From Chryseobacterium gleum (GTDB taxonomy: Bacteria; Bacteroidota; Bacteroidia; Flavobacteriales_D; Crocinitomicaceae): a DNA stretch of 58,771 nucleotides. Positions 38,422 through 48,669 of the stretch are shown piece by piece (position 1 is the stretch's first letter; each line of letters starts with the position of its first letter). The translations under genes were made by a program, and so were the position numbers. The DNA lies in the NCBI GenBank assembly GCA_943326825.2, contig CALPUT020000001.1:1-58771 (forward strand), written 5' to 3'. Under the pieces are notes generated by a model. The model did not search any database, had not been told where the DNA came from, and was given only the letters and a program-made list of their open reading frames with translations.

Positions 38422-39139
38422 AATGTATTTCCTTTAAATTATATTCTTTAATTTTATTTTCTTTCAAAACTTCTAATAGTCCAAGTTCGGAGACTCCAAC
38501 AATTTTTCCTGAAAAATCCCCATCTTTATCATTGAATGTTGAGTTTGTATTTAATAACCATAGATTATTAAGATATTCTTCTTTTAAATTTGTGTAATTT
38601 TCATATTCTAATTCAGTAAATAATTGATTCATTTCGTTTATAAGCATTAGTAATAAATGATGAATTGGAGTATATTCTGCTATTTCATTATAAACACTAG
38701 TAGCATTTAAATCACCAAATTCCTTTTGATTAGTATTTAATCCAATACCCACAATACTATGTTCAATTTTCGCGCCTATTAATTGATTTTCAATAAGTAT
38801 TCCTGAAATTTTTTTTGAGTTTATTAAAATATCATTTGGCCATTTAATTTTTGCTTTAATTCCCTTTTTATGTAACAATCTAATTACGCTTAAAGAGGTG
38901 AAAATTGTCAAGTAAAATTGTTTGTGTACTGACAGATTAGCAGTCTTCAAATAGAAGCTTGTTATTATGTTTTCTCCTGGTTTTGAGATCCATATATTGC
39001 CTCTTTGCCCTTTGCCTTCAGTTTGATCATCTGCCATAATTACCGTTCCGTGTTCAATTTGTTTAGTTAACACCAAATTGGCAACATAATTGTTGGTTGA
39101 ATCAACACAATCGAGATGAATAATTTTTTTTCCGATCAT
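38399..39139 (-). CDS. birA: Biotin--[acetyl-CoA-carboxylase] ligase (no HTH domain)
   Basis: QTEGKGQRGNIW...KWPNDIL...KISGILIE. Confidence 0.88.
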   Translation of the reverse strand: MIGKKIIHLDCVDSTNNYVANLVLTKQIEHGTVIMADDQTEGKGQRGNIWISKPGENIITSFYLKTANLSVHKQFYLTIFTSLSVIRLLHKKGIKAKIKWPNDILINSKKISGILIENQLIGAKIEHSIVGIGLNTNQKEFGDLNATSVYNEIAEYTPIHHLLLMLINEMNQLFTELEYENYTNLKEEYLNNLWLLNTNSTFNDKDGDFSGKIVGVSELGLLEVLKENKIKEYNLKEIHFNSRNVF

Positions 39140-39221
39140 TTTATTTTTGAAAGGTTAAAAGAGTTTAAAATTTCGATAAAATTAAAATTAAAAGTTAGAT
39201 TTGTAAGTATAAAAAAATTCG

Positions 39222-39599
39222 ATGTATAAAAAACAAAATAATTCAGATTCACAAGTATTATGCAATGCTGTTGTAGAAGGTATGCAAGAAATGAAAGCAC
39301 AGGAAATTGTCGTTTTAGATTTAAGAGAAATTTCAGGTGCTGTAGCTGACTTTTTTGTTATTTGTAGTGGTGAATCATCTACTCAAGTTGAAGGTATAGC
39401 ATCGTCTGTAATGAGATATACTCGTCAAGAATTACAAGAAAGACCATGGCATACAGAAGGTAAAGGTAATAGTGAATGGGTTCTAGTTGATTATGTATCT
39501 GTTGTTTGTCATGTTTTCTACAAAACTGCAAGAAGTTTTTATGACTTAGAAGATTTATGGGCTGATGCTAAAAGAACAAATATTCCTAATTTAAACTAA
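39222..39599 (+). CDS. rsfS: Ribosome silencing factor
   Basis: K.A.EIVVLDLR......DFFVICSG.S..Q...I...V....W.L.DY..V..H.F. Confidence 0.88.
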   Translation: MYKKQNNSDSQVLCNAVVEGMQEMKAQEIVVLDLREISGAVADFFVICSGESSTQVEGIASSVMRYTRQELQERPWHTEGKGNSEWVLVDYVSVVCHVFYKTARSFYDLEDLWADAKRTNIPNLN

Positions 39600-39608
39600 T
39601 TAAACAAA

Positions 39609-41681
39609 ATGTCAGAAGAAAAAAATAAAAAGAAAAATCCGTTTTCAATTTATTGGATTTATGCAGCTATAGGTATAGCGATTATTGGTTTTCAGTTGTT
39701 TATGAGTTCATCCTCAACAGCTACAATTAATAATCAGCAAACTTTTTTCCAATTAGCTGAAGATGGTTATATTTCTAAAGTTTACATAGTAAATAGAGTT
39801 AGAGCTGATTTTCAATTAAATAAAGATGGTGAAACATTTGTCAAAAAAACTAAAGCAGGTGAAATCAAAAGAATGAGTGAAGCATTTTCTAATAATAAAA
39901 ATATTAAACCCACTTTTGAATTAGAATTAGTTACTGTAGAAAATTTCATCAATAAATTAGATAAAATAAATCAAAAACTCGAGAAATCGAACAAAAATCA
40001 AGTCGCTTTTAGTTCGAAAACAGAACATGATTATTTAGGTAGTATAGTAGGATTCTTATTACCCATTGCTTTGTTAGTTTTGATTTGGTTATTTGTCATG
40101 AGAAGAATGACTGGTGGTTCTGGCGGAGGCGGAGGCGGTGGCCAAATTTTCAATATTGGAAAATCAAAAGCCAAAGTATATGAAAAAGGAAAATCTACTA
40201 ACATTACTTTTCAAGATGTTGCAGGTTTAGCAGAAGCAAAAGTTGAAATTGAAGAAATTGTAGAGTTTTTAAAAAACCCTAAAAAATATACAGAATTAGG
40301 CGCTAAAATTCCAAAAGGAGCATTGTTAGTAGGACCTCCAGGAACTGGAAAAACACTATTAGCAAAAGCTGTTGCAGGTGAAGCTCAAGTTCCATTTTTC
40401 TCCTTGTCAGGTTCTGATTTTGTTGAAATGTTTGTTGGGGTAGGTGCTTCAAGAGTAAGAGATTTATTTAAGCAAGCAAAAGAAAAATCACCATCAATCA
40501 TTTTTATTGATGAGATAGATGCAATAGGAAGGGCAAGAGGAAAAAATAACAGCTTTGGTTCTAATGACGAAAGAGAAAATACATTGAATCAGTTATTAAC
40601 TGAAATGGATGGTTTTGGAACTAATTCAGGAGTTATTATTCTTGCAGCAACAAATAGAGCTGATGTTTTAGATAGCGCTTTGATGAGGGCTGGTCGATTT
40701 GATCGTCAAATTTATGTTGATATGCCTGATATAAATGAGCGTAAAGAAATTTTCGCTGTTCATTTAAAGCCTATAAAATTGGATGAGAAAATGGATGTTG
40801 ATTTCCTAGCAAAACAAACTCCAGGTTTTTCAGGTGCGGACATTGCAAATCTTTGTAATGAAGCAGCATTAATAGCTGCTCGACACGGTAAGCATCATGT
40901 GGAAAAACAAGATTTTTTAGATGCTGTTGATCGTATAGTAGGAGGATTAGAAAAGAAAAATAAAATAATTACATTAAGCGAGAAGAAAGCAATTGCATTT
41001 CACGAAGCAGGTCATGCAACAACTTCATGGTTATTAGAATATGCTCATCCGTTAGTTAAAGTTACTATTGTTCCAAGAGGTCGTTCACTTGGAGCTGCAT
41101 GGTATTTACCAGAAGAAAGAAGTATTACCACAACAGAACAATTGTTAGATGAAATGTGTTCAGCTTTAGGAGGTAGGGCAGCTGAACAATTAATTTTTGG
41201 AAAAATAAGTACAGGAGCTTTAAGTGATTTAGAGAAAGTTACAAAACAAGCATATGCAATGGTCTCGGTGTATGGATTAAATGAAAAGGTAGGAAATATT
41301 TCTTTTTACGATTCTCAAGGTAGGGATTCATTTACAAAACCATATTCAGATGATACTGCTAGAATTATTGATGAAGAAGTAAGTAAATTGATCGAATTTC
41401 AGTATCAAAGAGCATTAAAAATATTGACTGATAACAAAGATAAATTAACAGTTTTAGCTGAAAAATTATTGACTTCTGAAGTTATTTTCAAAGAAGATTT
41501 AGAAGCAATATTTGGTGTTAGAGAATGGTCAGTTGAAGAAGTAGTTTCTATGCATAAAGAAGAGGCTTCGGGAGAATCTAAAATTGATACTAAAGAATCA
41601 AATGATTCTTTAGTTGAAGCTTTACCTTCTGAATTTGATTCATTAGATAAAACTTCAACAAATAATGAAGAAGAAAATTAA
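39609..41681 (+). CDS. ftsH: ATP-dependent zinc metalloprotease FtsH
   Basis: Walker [12 protein letters not shown] motif, HEAGHA zinc site, two N-terminal TM helices. Confidence 0.97.
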   Translation: MSEEKNKKKNPFSIYWIYAAIGIAIIGFQLFMSSSSTATINNQQTFFQLAEDGYISKVYIVNRVRADFQLNKDGETFVKKTKAGEIKRMSEAFSNNKNIKPTFELELVTVENFINKLDKINQKLEKSNKNQVAFSSKTEHDYLGSIVGFLLPIALLVLIWLFVMRRMTGGSGGGGGGGQIFNIGKSKAKVYEKGKSTNITFQDVAGLAEAKVEIEEIVEFLKNPKKYTELGAKIPKGALLVGPPGTGKTLLAKAVAGEAQVPFFSLSGSDFVEMFVGVGASRVRDLFKQAKEKSPSIIFIDEIDAIGRARGKNNSFGSNDERENTLNQLLTEMDGFGTNSGVIILAATNRADVLDSALMRAGRFDRQIYVDMPDINERKEIFAVHLKPIKLDEKMDVDFLAKQTPGFSGADIANLCNEAALIAARHGKHHVEKQDFLDAVDRIVGGLEKKNKIITLSEKKAIAFHEAGHATTSWLLEYAHPLVKVTIVPRGRSLGAAWYLPEERSITTTEQLLDEMCSALGGRAAEQLIFGKISTGALSDLEKVTKQAYAMVSVYGLNEKVGNISFYDSQGRDSFTKPYSDDTARIIDEEVSKLIEFQYQRALKILTDNKDKLTVLAEKLLTSEVIFKEDLEAIFGVREWSVEEVVSMHKEEASGESKIDTKESNDSLVEALPSEFDSLDKTSTNNEEEN

Positions 41682-41696
41682 TTACTAATATTTTTG

Positions 41697-41737
41697 GATT
41701 CCCACTAGTCATTTTGATTAGTGGGAATCTTATTTTA
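41697..41737 (+). terminator. Terminator after ftsH
   Basis: 11-bp stem GATTCCCACTA/TAGTGGGAATC followed by TTATTTT. Confidence 0.7.
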
Positions 41738-41748
41738 AGAATGTTCCA

Positions 41749-42561
41749 ATGAGTAATGTTTTACAAAGAATAATAACAGGTTCAATTTTTATAACAGTTA
41801 TTATTTTCTCTCTGTGGTATAGTTTAAATGCTACATTTATTGTAATGGGTTTGTTTCTTTTTTTAGGTTTGCTTGAATTTTTTAAATTGTTTAAGAACGA
41901 AAAAAGTATCCAATTAAATTCGATTTTTAATGCTATAGCTCTTTTTACAATTTACTGTATAATAGGTTATTCACTTTCTAAATTTGAACCTCAATTTTCA
42001 ATTTTGACTCTACCAATTTTGTTTACAATATTAATTGTAGAAATTTGGAGAAAGAAAGAGAATCCATTACAGAATCTCGGGATAGTTATGCTTGGATTTG
42101 TATATCTCGTTATTCCTTTTTCCTTAATTCTATTAATTTCTAATTTTAGTTCACATAATAAACCTTTCGTAATCTCTATGTTTTTATTGATATGGACAAA
42201 TGATACGTTTGCCTATCTTTCAGGTAGATTTTTCGGTAAAACGAAATTGTTTGAAAGAATTTCACCAAAAAAAACATGGGAAGGAACAATTGGTGGAATT
42301 ATTTTTACACTAGTAGTAGCATACTTAATAAGTTTTTGGGGAAATAATAATGATCTCAATTTCTGGTTGATTTCAGCTTGTATTATTGCTCCAACAGCAA
42401 TTCTTGGCGATTTATTAGAGTCCCTTTTTAAAAGAAGTTTAAATATTAAAGACTCTGGTTCTATATTACCAGGTCATGGTGGAATTCTAGATAGATTTGA
42501 CGCAATGCTTTTTGCTGTTCCATTTTTTTATGCTTGGTTTGTAATTTATAATTATTTTTGA
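41749..42561 (+). CDS. cdsA: Phosphatidate cytidylyltransferase
   Basis: SLFKRSLNIKDSGSILPGHGGILDRFD signature. Confidence 0.9.
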   Translation: MSNVLQRIITGSIFITVIIFSLWYSLNATFIVMGLFLFLGLLEFFKLFKNEKSIQLNSIFNAIALFTIYCIIGYSLSKFEPQFSILTLPILFTILIVEIWRKKENPLQNLGIVMLGFVYLVIPFSLILLISNFSSHNKPFVISMFLLIWTNDTFAYLSGRFFGKTKLFERISPKKTWEGTIGGIIFTLVVAYLISFWGNNNDLNFWLISACIIAPTAILGDLLESLFKRSLNIKDSGSILPGHGGILDRFDAMLFAVPFFYAWFVIYNYF

Positions 42562-42578
42562 AGAATATTAAGTCTATT

Positions 42579-43244
42579 ATGAAAATACACAGAGAAGGTT
42601 ATTTAATTATCACAATTTCAATTGTATTACTTTCAATTATTCATTTGGGTAATCATTTTTTATATCAAAATATTGGTTGGTTGTGGTTATATATATTGTT
42701 AATCATAGGAGAATTAACAATGCTTTATTTGGTTGTTCAGTTTTTTAGAGTACCTAATATAAAATGCGTTTTTGAAGATAACGAAATTATTTGTCCAGCA
42801 GATGGTAAAGTTGTTGTTATTGAAGAGGTTGAAGAAAATGAATATTTTAATGATAAAAGAATTCAGGTATCAATTTTTATGTCTCCATTAAATGTTCACG
42901 CAAATTTCAATCCAATTTCAGGTATTGTAAAGTATGTTAAATATCATAAAGGTTTATTTTTAGTAGCATGGCATCCTAAAAGTAGCACAGATAATGAAAG
43001 GTCAACAGTTGTAATAGAACATTCAAATGGCCAAGAAGTTTTATTTAGACAAGTTGCAGGTGCAGTTGCTAGAAGGATTTGTTATTATATTCAGCCTAAA
43101 CAAGTTGTTAAAACAGGTGATGAATATGGTTTTATTAAATTTGGTTCTAGAATTGATTTGTATTTACCTCTTAATTCTACAATAAATGTTAAAATTGGAG
43201 ATGTTGTTAAAGGAAGAATCACAAAAATTGGTGAATTGATTTAA
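42579..43244 (+). CDS. psd: Phosphatidylserine decarboxylase proenzyme
   Basis: ATG at 42579 (MKIHREGY) preferred over the track's TTG at 42558. FGS self-cleavage motif (IKFGSRIDL). Confidence 0.88.
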   Translation: MKIHREGYLIITISIVLLSIIHLGNHFLYQNIGWLWLYILLIIGELTMLYLVVQFFRVPNIKCVFEDNEIICPADGKVVVIEEVEENEYFNDKRIQVSIFMSPLNVHANFNPISGIVKYVKYHKGLFLVAWHPKSSTDNERSTVVIEHSNGQEVLFRQVAGAVARRICYYIQPKQVVKTGDEYGFIKFGSRIDLYLPLNSTINVKIGDVVKGRITKIGELI

Positions 43245-43283
43245 AAAATACTAAATTAGCTAAACAATTAAATTTTGTATACT

Positions 43284-43505
43284 ATGAAAAAGTTTTTTAT
43301 TGCATTATCGTTAATGTTATTTGTTGGTTCTATGTCAGCTACTGCTTTTGCTGCTTCAACTGGAACTTCTAATGAATTAGTAAAACATGACGATAAGAAA
43401 AAGAAAAAGAAAAAAGGAGCATGTGCCGAAGGTGAGAAATCTTGTTCAAAAAAAGAAGGAGAGAAAAAAGCTTGTTGCTCACATGGATCAACTGAGAAAA
43501 AATAA
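43284..43505 (+). CDS. Small secreted Lys/Cys-rich protein (73 aa)
   Basis: Signal peptide MKKFFIALSLMLFVGSMSATAFA followed by KKKKKKKGACAEGEKSCSKKEGEKKACCSHG. Flanked by a strong bidirectional terminator. Confidence 0.5.
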   Translation: MKKFFIALSLMLFVGSMSATAFAASTGTSNELVKHDDKKKKKKKGACAEGEKSCSKKEGEKKACCSHGSTEKK

Positions 43506-43523
43506 TTCTGAGTAATTTGAATA

Positions 43524-43560
43524 TAAAAAAAATCCGACTTTCACAAGTCGGATTTTTTTA
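43524..43560. terminator. Bidirectional terminator between the small Lys/Cys-rich gene and the DUF4197 gene
   Basis: ATCCGACT/AGTCGGAT stem flanked by A8 and T7. Confidence 0.8.
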
Positions 43561-43571
43561 TGAAATAGATA

Positions 43572-44306
43572 TTATTTAATACTACCAAATACTTTTGCTA
43601 ATAAATCGGTAACTCGTGCAATTGGATCTAGTCGAATTTTATTTTCTTCTTTTTCAACCATCTGAAAAAGACCTTTAATTGCCATTTCAGTTACGTAGGC
43701 ATTTAAATCAGGGTTTATTTTATCTCCTCCTGATATTTTCATTGCTGAATTATATTTATTAATTATTGGATTCCAATAATCAGTCAATTTAACTTTTGAA
43801 ATTGCTTCTTGTACTTTAGGTGAAAATGCTGTAACTAGTTGATAACTAGTGTTATCTTTCAAGTATTTTGTTGCAGCACCATTTCCTCCATTGAGTATTG
43901 CAAAACCATCTTGTAAAGACATATTTGTAATTGCATTTGCAAAAATAGGTAAAGCTTCTTTAGTAGCTTCTTCAGCAGCTCTATTTAGTGTTGTTTCAAA
44001 TTTTTCTACTTGGGAAGTTAATCCCCATTCTAATGCTTTTTGTTTTACTTTCATAGCATCTGCAGGAAAAGGTAATCGAATATCTGAATTTTTCAGAAAT
44101 CCATCACTTACAGATGTTTGAGTAACTGAATTTTTGATTCCAACTTGAAGAGCTTCTTTTAATCCTGAAACTACTTCGTCATTTGTAAGTTGAGGTTTTG
44201 CTGGAGTTGAAGTTGAAATTGTATTTGCAGCTTGTTTTAATTCATCACAAGAAGTAAATAACGCGATTGTTCCTAAAGCGATTATTGGAATAATATTTTT
44301 TTTCAT
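43572..44306 (-). CDS. DUF4197-family lipoprotein
   Basis: Lipobox LFTSC. LTNDEVVSGLKEALQVG...DGFLKN.DIRLPFP pattern of DUF4197. Confidence 0.75.
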   Translation of the reverse strand: MKKNIIPIIALGTIALFTSCDELKQAANTISTSTPAKPQLTNDEVVSGLKEALQVGIKNSVTQTSVSDGFLKNSDIRLPFPADAMKVKQKALEWGLTSQVEKFETTLNRAAEEATKEALPIFANAITNMSLQDGFAILNGGNGAATKYLKDNTSYQLVTAFSPKVQEAISKVKLTDYWNPIINKYNSAMKISGGDKINPDLNAYVTEMAIKGLFQMVEKEENKIRLDPIARVTDLLAKVFGSIK

Positions 44307-44388
44307 TTTTGATTATTTTTCATCTAAAATAACAAAACTTATACCAATTATTAAAGTATCAACATTTATTGAATCATTTTTTTATATT

Positions 44389-44426
44389 TCAATTGAATAA
44401 TGAATTCATTATCAAGAATCAATTGA
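44389..44426. repeat. Composite palindromic site TCAATTGA-ATAATGAATTCATTAT-CAAGAA-TCAATTGA in the gdhA upstream region
   Basis: Perfect 16-bp palindrome at 44397-44412, flanked by two copies of the 8-bp palindrome TCAATTGA (44389-44396, 44419-44426). Confidence 0.6.
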
Positions 44427-44708
44427 TATTTAGTTTATTGTTTAATTTTATTTATCAATATTGTAGACTACATTTAATTAACTAAAAAAATAGCTAACTA
44501 AAAATTGATTAAGAAAGTAATTTAACTTTTATATGACTGTTATTTAGTATTATACGATAAATAATTTGAGATGATGAAATAAAGATATTCTGTTTGTTTG
44601 TTGAATGTAAAATGTTATTTTGTCATGTTATTTTTTAGAAACAAAATTCTGTTAATAAAATACATCATTGAATAATGATTAATTTGAATTCTACATTCAA
44701 TTTTTTTT

Positions 44709-44716
44709 TACATTTG
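44709..44716 (+). promoter_or_regulatory. -7 box (TACATTTG) for gdhA
   Basis: Matches TAnnTTTG, preceded by T9, 26 nt upstream of the ATG. Confidence 0.55.
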
Positions 44717-44742
44717 CCACGTTTATATTAAACTAATAAGAA

Positions 44743-46098
44743 ATGTCAAATAAATATCAAGCTCAGATCGATGCATTCATGGAAAAAGTGAAAGCAACTC
44801 ATGGTCACGAGAAAGAATTCATTCAAGCGGTTCACGAAGTTGCTGAAGCAGTAATTCCTGTAATCGAAGAAACACCTAAGTATAAAGCTGCAAAAATTCT
44901 TGATAGAATTGTTGAGCCAGAAAGAACTATTTTATTTAGAGTTCCTTGGTTAGATGACAAAGGTGAAGTTCAAATCAATAGAGGTTACCGTGTTGAGTTT
45001 AATTCTGCAATCGGACCTTATAAAGGTGGTTTACGTTTCCATCCTTCTGTTAATTTATCTATTTTGAAGTTCTTAGGTTTCGAACAAATCTTTAAAAACT
45101 CTTTAACTACTTTACCTATGGGTGGTGGTAAAGGAGGTTCTGATTTTGATCCAAAAGGAAAATCAGATAATGAAGTAATGAAATTTTGTCAATCTTTCAT
45201 GACTGAGTTATCTCGTCATATTGGAGCTGATACGGATGTACCTGCTGGTGATATCGGTGTTGGTGGACGTGAAATTGGTTACATGTTTGGTCAATACAAA
45301 AGAATCCGTAACGAATTTACTGGTGTATTAACTGGTAAAGCTCGTAATTGGGGTGGATCTTTGATTCGTCCAGAAGCTACAGGTTACGGTACTGTATATT
45401 TCGCAAAAGAAATGTTAGCTACTAAGGGAGATTCTTTCCAAGGTAAAGTTGTTGCTGTTTCTGGTTCAGGAAATGTTGCTCAATATGCTTGTGAGAAAGC
45501 AACTCAATTAGGTGCTAAAGTTGTTACTTTGTCAGATTCAGAAGGTTACATCTATGATGAAGCTGGTATCGATGCTGGTAAATTAGCATTTGTTATGGAA
45601 TTGAAAAACGAAAAAAGAGGTCGTATTTCAGAGTACGTTGCAAAATATCCTACAGCTAAATTTGTTGCTGGTAAACGTCCATGGGAAGTGAAAGTTGATA
45701 TTGCATTACCATGTGCTACTCAAAATGAATTAAATGGTGAAGAGGCTAAAGTATTAATCGCAAACGGTGTTATTGCTGTAGCAGAAGGTGCAAATATGCC
45801 ATCTACTCCAGAAGCAATCGAAGCTTTTGATGCTGCAAGAGTGTTATTCTCTCCAGGAAAAGCCTCTAATGCTGGTGGTGTTGCTACTTCAGGTTTAGAA
45901 ATGTCTCAAAATTCTTTACGTTTGTCTTGGACAGCTGAAGAAGTTGACGGAAAATTACATGGAATTATGGTTTCAATTCACGAAGCTTGTGTGAAATACG
46001 GAAAAAGAGAAGATGGAACAGTTGATTACGTTAAAGGTGCAAATATTGCAGGTTTCGTAAAAGTTGCAGATTCTATGATTGATCAAGGTTTAGTATAA
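44743..46098 (+). CDS. gdhA: NADP-specific glutamate dehydrogenase
   Basis: [18 protein letters not shown] catalytic Lys motif. 451 aa, hexameric GDH type. Confidence 0.95.
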   Translation: MSNKYQAQIDAFMEKVKATHGHEKEFIQAVHEVAEAVIPVIEETPKYKAAKILDRIVEPERTILFRVPWLDDKGEVQINRGYRVEFNSAIGPYKGGLRFHPSVNLSILKFLGFEQIFKNSLTTLPMGGGKGGSDFDPKGKSDNEVMKFCQSFMTELSRHIGADTDVPAGDIGVGGREIGYMFGQYKRIRNEFTGVLTGKARNWGGSLIRPEATGYGTVYFAKEMLATKGDSFQGKVVAVSGSGNVAQYACEKATQLGAKVVTLSDSEGYIYDEAGIDAGKLAFVMELKNEKRGRISEYVAKYPTAKFVAGKRPWEVKVDIALPCATQNELNGEEAKVLIANGVIAVAEGANMPSTPEAIEAFDAARVLFSPGKASNAGGVATSGLEMSQNSLRLSWTAEEVDGKLHGIMVSIHEACVKYGKREDGTVDYVKGANIAGFVKVADSMIDQGLV

Positions 46099-46127
46099 GC
46101 TTAATCTTAATCTTAATAATATAATGA

Positions 46128-46157
46128 AAGACTGTCAGAAATGGCAGTCTTTTTTTT
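46128..46157 (+). terminator. Terminator after gdhA
   Basis: AAGACTGTC/GGCAGTCTT stem (one G-U pair) followed by T8. Confidence 0.75.
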
Positions 46158-46212
46158 GTGCTAAATTCAAATTGCAAACTACTAAAAGGATTTGTAGACG
46201 AAATAATTTTTT

Positions 46213-46220
46213 TATATTTG
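46213..46220 (+). promoter_or_regulatory. -7 box (TATATTTG) for fba
   Basis: Matches TAnnTTTG, 27 nt upstream of the trimmed ATG. Confidence 0.55.
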
Positions 46221-46247
46221 CATCCTAATAGAAATAAAAATTACACT

Positions 46248-47315
46248 ATGCTTCATTCGATTAAACCAGGCGTTGCTTCTGGTGATATGGTTCAAGAGAT
46301 ATTTAGATATGCAAAAGAAAAAGGTTTTGCGTTACCAGCTGTAAATGTTACAGGTTCAAGTACTGTGAATGCAGTATTGGAAACTGCAGCAAAAGTGAAT
46401 TCACCAGTGATTATTCAATTTTCGAATGGTGGAGCTCATTACAATGCTGGTAAAGGTTTGTCAAATGAAGGTGAAAAAGCTGCGATTGCAGGGGCTATTG
46501 CAGGAGCTATTCATGTTCATACTTTAGCTGAAGCTTATGGTGTTCCTGTGATTTTGCATACAGATCATTGTGCGAAGAAATTATTACCTTGGATTGATGG
46601 TTTATTAGATGCAGGTGAGAAATATTTTGCTGAAACAGGTAAACCTTTATATAGTTCACATATGATCGATTTATCTGAAGAGCCAATCGAAGAGAATATT
46701 GAGATTTCTAAAAAGTATTTAGAGCGTATGAGTAAAATCGGTATGACTTTAGAAATTGAATTAGGAATTACAGGTGGTGAAGAAGACGGTGTTGATAATT
46801 CTGATGTAGATAGCTCAAAATTATATACTCAACCTGAAGAAGTTGCTTATGCATATGAAGAATTATCAAAAGTAAGTAGCCGTTTTACAATTGCTGCAGC
46901 ATTTGGTAATGTTCATGGTGTTTATAAGCCAGGTAATGTTAAGTTGACACCAAAGATTTTGAAAAATTCTCAAGAATATGTTCAGAACAAATTTAATACA
47001 GCTGCTAATCCAGTAGATTTTGTTTTTCATGGTGGATCTGGTTCAACTTTGGAAGAAATCAGAGAGGCAATTACCTATGGAGTAATTAAAATGAATTTAG
47101 ATACAGATTTGCAATTTGCTTTTACTGAAGGTGTGAGAGATTATGTTGTGAAAAATGTAGAATATTTGAAAACGCAAATCGGTAATCCTGAAGGTGATGA
47201 TCAACCGAATAAAAAGTATTATGATCCTCGCAAATGGTTACGAGATGGTGAGTTGACTTTCGTAAAACGTTTAGAGAAAGCATTTCAAGATTTGAATAAT
47301 ATTAACACGCTTTAA
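46248..47315 (+). CDS. fbaA: Class II fructose-bisphosphate aldolase
   Basis: Start trimmed to MLHSIKPGV, because the track's extension covers the promoter box. HTDHC, FGNVHGVY, HGGSGS. Confidence 0.93.
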   Translation: MLHSIKPGVASGDMVQEIFRYAKEKGFALPAVNVTGSSTVNAVLETAAKVNSPVIIQFSNGGAHYNAGKGLSNEGEKAAIAGAIAGAIHVHTLAEAYGVPVILHTDHCAKKLLPWIDGLLDAGEKYFAETGKPLYSSHMIDLSEEPIEENIEISKKYLERMSKIGMTLEIELGITGGEEDGVDNSDVDSSKLYTQPEEVAYAYEELSKVSSRFTIAAAFGNVHGVYKPGNVKLTPKILKNSQEYVQNKFNTAANPVDFVFHGGSGSTLEEIREAITYGVIKMNLDTDLQFAFTEGVRDYVVKNVEYLKTQIGNPEGDDQPNKKYYDPRKWLRDGELTFVKRLEKAFQDLNNINTL

Positions 47316-47353
47316 TTTAGTTTATTATGATAAACGAAAGTAACGACGAAGAT

Positions 47354-48199
47354 ATGAGTTGGTTTAAAAGAAATAAAGAAGGAATTACAACTTCTACAAG
47401 TGAGAAGAAAGAAACTCCAGAAGGTATTTGGCAAAAATGTTCTAACTGTAAAACATTATTTACAGTTGAAGATTTGGTTAAAAATGCTTATGTGTGTGAT
47501 AGATGTTCTCATCACGAAAAAATTGGATCAGAAGAATATTTTAAAATAATATTTGATAAAGGGGAATACAGAGAAATTAATGCTGAATTAACTTCTGGTG
47601 ATCCATTGAATTTTGAGGATACTAAAAAATATGTTGATCGTGTTAAAGCAACTCAAAAAGCAACAGGTTTGACAGATGCTATTAGAACGGTTATCGGGAA
47701 ATTAGATGGTCATGACTTTGTTGTAGCGGCTATGGATTTTTCTTTCATTGGAGGTTCTTTAGGTTCAGTAATGGGGGAAAAAATTGCTAGAGCAATTGAC
47801 GAGGCTATAAAAATTAAAGCACCATTTATGATTATTTCTAAATCAGGTGGAGCTAGGATGATGGAAGCTGGTTTTTCTTTAATGCAAATGGCAAAAGTTT
47901 CAGGTAAATTAGGGCAATTGTCAGAGGCTAAATTACCTTATATTTCATTTTTAACTGATCCAACTACTGGAGGTGTTACTGCTTCTTTTGCAATGTTAGG
48001 TGATTTAAATATTGCAGAGCCAGATGCATTAATTGCTTTTGCTGGTCCAAGAGTTGTGAGAGAAACAATAGGTAGAGATTTACCAGATGGTTTTCAAACT
48101 TCTGAATTTGTTTTAGAACATGGTTTTTTAGATTATATTGTTGAAAGAAATCATTTAAAAGAAATACTTGGTAAGTCGTTGAAATTTTTCAGAAATTAA
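47354..48199 (+). CDS. accD: Acetyl-CoA carboxylase carboxyltransferase beta subunit
   Basis: MSWFKR start preferred (the track start 47327 is possible). Zinc ribbon C..C...C..C, MDF.F.GGS.G. Confidence 0.92.
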   Translation: MSWFKRNKEGITTSTSEKKETPEGIWQKCSNCKTLFTVEDLVKNAYVCDRCSHHEKIGSEEYFKIIFDKGEYREINAELTSGDPLNFEDTKKYVDRVKATQKATGLTDAIRTVIGKLDGHDFVVAAMDFSFIGGSLGSVMGEKIARAIDEAIKIKAPFMIISKSGGARMMEAGFSLMQMAKVSGKLGQLSEAKLPYISFLTDPTTGGVTASFAMLGDLNIAEPDALIAFAGPRVVRETIGRDLPDGFQTSEFVLEHGFLDYIVERNHLKEILGKSLKFFRN

Positions 48200-48239
48200 A
48201 ATAAATCAAACAAACAAGTTGATTTATTGAAATAATGAG

Positions 48240-48247
48240 TATATTTG
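48240..48247 (+). promoter_or_regulatory. -7 box (TATATTTG) for rpsO
   Basis: Matches TAnnTTTG, 46 nt upstream of the ATG. The leader contains the small hairpin GTCGAAAAGTCGAC. Confidence 0.55.
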
Positions 48248-48293
48248 CAACGTCGAAAAGTCGACTACATAAAAATCATTAAAAAATATTGGA

Positions 48294-48563
48294 ATGTATT
48301 TAACAACAGAAGTAAAAAAAGAAATCTTCGCTAAACACGGAGGAAACGAAACAAACACAGGTTCATCTGAAGCTCAAATTGCTTTATTTAGCTTTAGAAT
48401 TAACCATTTAACTGGACATTTGAAAAATAATCGTAAAGATTATGGAACTCAAAGAGCACTTCAGTTATTAGTTGGTAAACGTAGAAGTTTATTAGACTAC
48501 TTGAAAAGAAATGATATCGAAAGATACCGTGCTATCGTTAAAGAATTAGGCTTACGTCGTTAA
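48294..48563 (+). CDS. rpsO: 30S ribosomal protein S15
   Basis: GS.E.QIA....RI..LT.HLK...KD..S.RGL. 89 aa. Confidence 0.95.
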   Translation: MYLTTEVKKEIFAKHGGNETNTGSSEAQIALFSFRINHLTGHLKNNRKDYGTQRALQLLVGKRRSLLDYLKRNDIERYRAIVKELGLRR

Positions 48564-48584
48564 TTAGCGTTAGTTGGATTTATT

Positions 48585-48631
48585 GAAGAGGGGGCAGTCG
48601 AAGTAGTTCGGTTGCCCTTCTTATATTTTTT
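48585..48631 (+). terminator. rpsO terminator / pnp leader hairpin
   Basis: GC-rich imperfect stem GAAGAGGGGGCA...TTGCCCTTCTT followed by ATATTTTTT. Lies between rpsO and pnp, as in the classic operon. Confidence 0.65.
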
Positions 48632-48669
48632 ACCGACCATTCAGGTCATACATTTGAAACAGAGAGAAT

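Noticed and set aside
40112-40143. GGT/GGC/GGA tandem-like repeat
   Set aside because: It encodes the Gly-run linker ([10 protein letters not shown]) normal for FtsH after TM2, so it is not a repeat element.
43395-43416. A-rich tract (AAGAAAAAGAAAAAGAAAAAAGG) as a possible slippage or phase-variation site
   Set aside because: It is interrupted by G every 3-6 nt and simply encodes the poly-Lys run. No alternative frame gives a longer product.
46158-46247. 30-codon N-terminal extension of the fba ORF
   Set aside because: The extension contains the gdhA terminator's T-tract region and the TATATTTG promoter box. The aldolase homology starts at MLHSIKPGV.
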